Below are positions 60,011 to 64,000 of a stretch of 64,000 bases of DNA, piece after piece. The notes beneath the pieces were generated by a model, which had not been told where the DNA came from, searched no databases, and saw only the letters and a list, made by a program, of their open reading frames with translations. Made by a program: the position numbers and the translations under genes. Position 1 is the stretch's first letter. The number at the start of each line of letters is the position of its first letter. The DNA comes from Eledone cirrhosa (lineage: Eukaryota), in assembly GCA_964016885.1 (NCBI GenBank), contig OZ024746.1, positions 53,072,001 to 53,136,000 of the forward strand, in the 5' to 3' direction.

Positions 60011-60207
60011 ACATATATATATATAAGTAATTACCAAATATGTTTTTACATTCAATATTGACTTACGAACGTTTCGTCCCCTTATTGGGATAAGTCCCAA
60101 TACTAACAGTGGGGGAAATACTCCAAGAGCATAGTAGCTATTTCCTCTGCTGACAACGAGAGGGTTCTCTCTACAAATGAAAGGCCAACTGTATGATGCT
60201 TGTGTGC

Positions 60208-60320
60208 TATCATCATCATCGATTAACGTCTATCTTCCACGCTAGCATGGGTTAGACGGGTTTGTTCCATTTAGAGGCAAGTTGGGTCGGGTGACCGTGT
60301 CTCGCTCATATAGGAGAGTT
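60208..60320 (-). mobile_element. Short RTE 3'-tail fragment
   Basis: (CAT)n...CCACGCTAGCATGGGTTAGACGGG as at 59645 and 62054. Confidence 0.75.
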
Positions 60321-60506
60321 TCTATTATATATATAAATATATATAATACATATAAAAATGAGAAAACTCATTGCTGGAACAATCCACAAGGTGGATTGTG
60401 TCTCTGTTGACCACTGGCCCCTGGTCTGTCCTCTCAGGCATTTTTGTCCATTGTTGTCTTTGACAGCTGAAATTCATCACTAGAACAGCCGTGCTATATA
60501 TATATA

Positions 60507-60702
60507 GGCAACACGGTAAAAACCTCCCAGACCCACACTGTAAAAGTGGTTGGTGTTAGGAGGGCATCCAACTGTAGAAAACCTGCCAGACAGTCCTATG
60601 CGAGCAAGAAAATCACTCTTGCCTCAAGTGGGACTACCCCCGTCCAAACCCATGCAAGCATGGAACACGGACGTTAAACGTTGATGATGATGATGATGAT
60701 GA

Positions 60703-60705
<3 letters not shown>
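60507..60705 (+). mobile_element. Short 3' end of RTE-type LINE, inverted relative to the 50723 copy
   Basis: Near-exact reverse complement of ~50723-50925, ending in (GAT)n, with (TA)n on both sides. Confidence 0.9.

Positions 60706-60767
<62 letters not shown>
60706..60767. repeat. (TA)n microsatellite
   Basis: Direct reading. Confidence 0.95.
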
Positions 60768-60770
<3 letters not shown>

Positions 60771-61018
60771 CGTTTTTAATTTGTTTTGCAAGATTTCTTA
60801 TCTGAAAACGTGTGTTGAAACAGATATTGTTATACTTTGCTGCCAATAAAAACTCATGCACCTGTTGGTTTTTACTTCAATTTATTATAAGTTTCCAGTT
60901 AGCTGGTTGGTTGGTACGATAACTGGAAGGTTGTTTATATATTGTCAAAGGTGTATGTGTTTTTATTGGCAGTATGACCCTCCCAAAGTATAACAATATA
61001 TATATATATGTGTGTGAG

Positions 61019-61053
<35 letters not shown>

Positions 61054-61395
61054 TGCGTGTGTGTGTAAATGAGTAAAAAAAGAAAGATGACTTACAAGGA
61101 TAGCTAAGATGGCAAATCAAGGTGAAGGATGATGCAGTCAAGAGTCTTCGTCAGCCTCTTCTTTGTACCGATTCATTAGAATTTCTCTTTGTAGTTTATT
61201 ACCATGTAACCTAGTGAAAGAGAAAGGGAGAGATTAGATTTCATACAGCTTCATCAGTAGTGTAGTTCTTTGGGAAAACATGGAAATAGCATTCCCATAT
61301 TCATCTTCATCATCGCTTTTACGTCCCCTTTTCCATAGTGATATTGGTTGGACAGGACATTTTGAGGCTGTTTTGTCCTCTGTTACAGTACACTA

Positions 61396-62050
61396 TCTAT
61401 ATATATATAAAACTGAGGATGTCTGTCTGTATGTGTGTGAGTTTGAATCCCTAAAACTAGAGAAGCACCCAACCGACTGTTTTCAAACTTTACACATGTA
61501 ATACTTATGTTTCAGGGAGTGTTCTGAGCCAAAATAAAATTCAAATTTTCAATGCTCTAGGGACCGCATTAGGTGATTTAACGATCTCTCTCTATAATTC
61601 TTAGTCTTTCTCTTTTTAGATAGATACATACATACATATAACGTCGCGCCCTTATAATATATGTCTGTATGTATGGCTGTCTGCATTATGTCACTTCCCT
61701 GAGGATGTCTGTGTGTGTGTGTGAGTTTGAATCCCTACCCAACCGATTTTTTTCAAACTTTACATGTGTATTACTTATGTTTCAGGGAGTGTTATGCACA
61801 TAAATTCAACTTTTTGATCTCCTAGCGCCCGCATTAGGTGAAAAACTGCGTTTTTTAAGCTTTTTAGGGTTTTTTTGAGGCTTTATGTCAGACCAATTTC
61901 CTTGAAATTGTAACTATGTATTAGTCAGTCTCTTCTTCATACCGTGAGCAAAGAAAATCCAACTTTTTTATGACCTAGGGCCCGCATTAGGCTTTTTACG
62001 GCTTTTTGGAGGCGTTACGTCTAGCCGATTTTCCCGAAATTTCAAGGCAT
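61396..62050 (+). mobile_element. 5' part of a Helitron-like element with internal repeats
   Basis: A|TCTATATATATATAAAA start followed by GTCTGTCTG. Duplicated blocks (TGAGGATGTCTG...CAAACTTTAC...CCGCATTAGG). No 3' CTAG end seen. Confidence 0.55.
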
Positions 62051-62053
62051 ATT

Positions 62054-62500
62054 CATCATCATCATCATCATCATCACCGTTTTATGTCCATTCTGCCACG
62101 CTAGCATGGGTTAGACGGGTTGTCCTGTTGTGGGCAGTGTCTGGTCGGCTGACCATGCCTTGCCCATACAGGAACTGATTTGGCTTGATTTCTACAGCTG
62201 GATGCCCTTCCTAACACCAACCTCATTTACAGTGAGTGCTGGGTGCATTTTCGTGGCGCCTACACGTCCACTTTACAGTGTGGGCTGGGTGCTTTTTTGC
62301 CGTGGCACCTCCACGACCACCTTGCGGTGGGGGGTGTGGGGGCATATTCTCTATATGCTTCAGCTTGTACCCATGGGAGGTCGGGTACTCTGTATTACTG
62401 CGTGACGCCAGAAGTCCCGGTCGTGTGTCATTGTCTCACATAAAAAAATATTTTCTTGCACTACCAATTTACAGAGTGGGCTGGGTGTTTTTCATCATGG
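62054..62500 (-). mobile_element. RTE 3' UTR fragment with (GAT)n tail
   Basis: Longer copy of 59645-59905 with repeated TTTACAGTGTGGGCTGGGTG subunits. Confidence 0.85.
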
Positions 62501-62584
62501 CATTGCTGAGCAATTTTTACCAATATTTTAACATAGATTGATTAGGGTCAGTCAGGCATTAGTATTTCTTTCCTACACCATATA

Positions 62585-63763
62585 CTATACTTAGCTTTTG
62601 TTGACCTAGAGAAGGCTTTTGATTGGGTACCCCGATCTGTCATCTGGTGGTCCCTAAGGAAGCTAGGTGTTGAGGAATGGCTTGTGAGTAAAGAGATGCT
62701 GTCAGTAAAGTGAGGGTAGGAATGGAGTTTAGTGAGGAATTCCAGATACAAGTAGGAGTACATCAGGGTTCGGTCCTCAGCCCGCTCTTGTTCATTATAG
62801 TCCTCCAAGCCATAACAGAGGAGTTTAAGACTGGCTGTCCATGGGAACTTCTCTATGCTGACGATCTGGAAACAGCAGTTGGAATCAAGAGGACTGAGAG
62901 TGAACCTAGCTAAGACAAAAGTGTTGATGAGTAGAAAAAGGAAAAACTCTGATTCCATCAGGGAAATGGCCATGTTCGATATGCAGAAAAGGAACTGGCA
63001 TAAATTCTATAAAATGTACACAATGCAGATCTTGGGTACACAAGAGATGTAGCGGGATAGCAGGCAAACTAACAGGTAGGGAGAAATACGTATGCAGTAG
63101 ATGTACAGGGAAATTTGACAGTAGAAGTCGCATTGATAGACACATTTTTCAAATGCAGGTAGGTGCTATAGAAGTGGTTGATAACTTCCGGTACATAGGT
63201 GATCAGATTAGCATGAGAGGGGGGGGGGGTTCCAAGGCCGTAGTATCTAGAATAAAGACGGGTTGGAAAAAGTTTAGGGAGCTGCTTCCTCTGCTGACAA
63301 AGAAGGGTTTCTCCCTATGTACGAAAGGCTGGTTATATGATGCCTGTGTGAGGTGCACAATGCTGCATGGTAGTGAGACATGGGCAGCAACTGCAGAGGA
63401 TATGCGATGGCTGGAGAGAAATGAGGCAAGCATGCTCCATTGGATGTGCAATGTCAATGTGCGTGAACGGCCGAGCATGGATGTGTTGAGAGAGAAACTG
63501 TGTTTGAGAGGGATAAATTGTTGTGTGCGGGAGAGGGAATGCGATGGTATGGACATGTGATGCGCATGGAGGATGATCGATGGGTGAAGAAGTGCCAAGA
63601 AATGCTAGTTGAAGGAAGACGTAGTAGAAGAAGACCACAAAAAACATGGGCGGAGGTGGTGAGAGCAGACTTCAGATCGCTGAAGCTCACGGTGGAGATG
63701 ACGAAGGACCCGTCCCACCCTTGCAAGCAGGGAAAAGCGGACGTAAAATGAAGATGATGATGA
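62585..63763 (+). mobile_element. Decayed 5'-truncated RTE-type LINE (RT with PHD insertion)
   Basis: AFVDLEKAFD, GVHQGSVLSPLLF, WELLYADDL, FRYIGD, MLHGSETW and WYGHVMRM, with several frameshifts/deletions and a GATGATGA tail. Confidence 0.95.
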
Positions 63764-63809
63764 CCATGAAAGTGAGAGAAGGAAAACACGAGAGCAGAAT
63801 GGCTCCAGT

Positions 63810-63895
63810 ATAAACGGGTACTTTATTTATCTCCAAAAGAATGAGAGGTAAAGTTGGCCACAACAGGATTTGAACTCAGGTCACAGTGAGACAGA
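63810..63895 (-). mobile_element. Possible SINE fragment
   Basis: GGATTTGAACTC is a reverse B-box-like motif, with an adjacent repeat-like body. Confidence 0.4.
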
Positions 63896-64000
63896 ATGAA
63901 TTTCATAAAGTACTCCATCAGACATTGCCAATAAATGAATGAAAAAGAATATGTAATATGCTATGTAGCATTCTTCTTTTATTGGTTTTAATCATTGGGC

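Noticed and set aside
51155-63789. ORFs antisense to the RTE copies (51155, 51695, 62548, 63203 etc.)
   Set aside because: They are shadow frames of the LINE coding strand.

Overview
Repeat-dominated eukaryotic DNA with no host protein-coding gene I can support. The repeat families, (CAT)n-tailed RTE LINEs and TA-rich microsatellites suggest an octopus-like mollusc, which is an inference. Bases 1-~43109 are one GT-rich minisatellite: ~36-50 bp units, consensus GGTTGCTG(T/A)GATGGTAGT(GTT)nATTGTAGTTAGT, built into at least three domains of kb-scale higher-order repeats. It explains all the N/T-rich and V-rich ORFs. The array ends abruptly on a decayed HERO-like (restriction-like endonuclease) non-LTR retroelement tail. 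The remaining ~21 kb is a mosaic: a Penelope-like element (PLE) with ~1.1 kb near-identical inverted arms, each carrying an intact minimal hammerhead ribozyme motif; further PLE remnants and hammerhead-like motifs; several RTE-type LINE fragments, two with a PHD finger inserted in the reverse transcriptase; and Helitron-like elements, piggyBac- and hAT-type MITEs, SINE fragments and microsatellites. Family assignments come from by-eye motif recognition, with no database search. Boundaries are approximate unless a motif is quoted.
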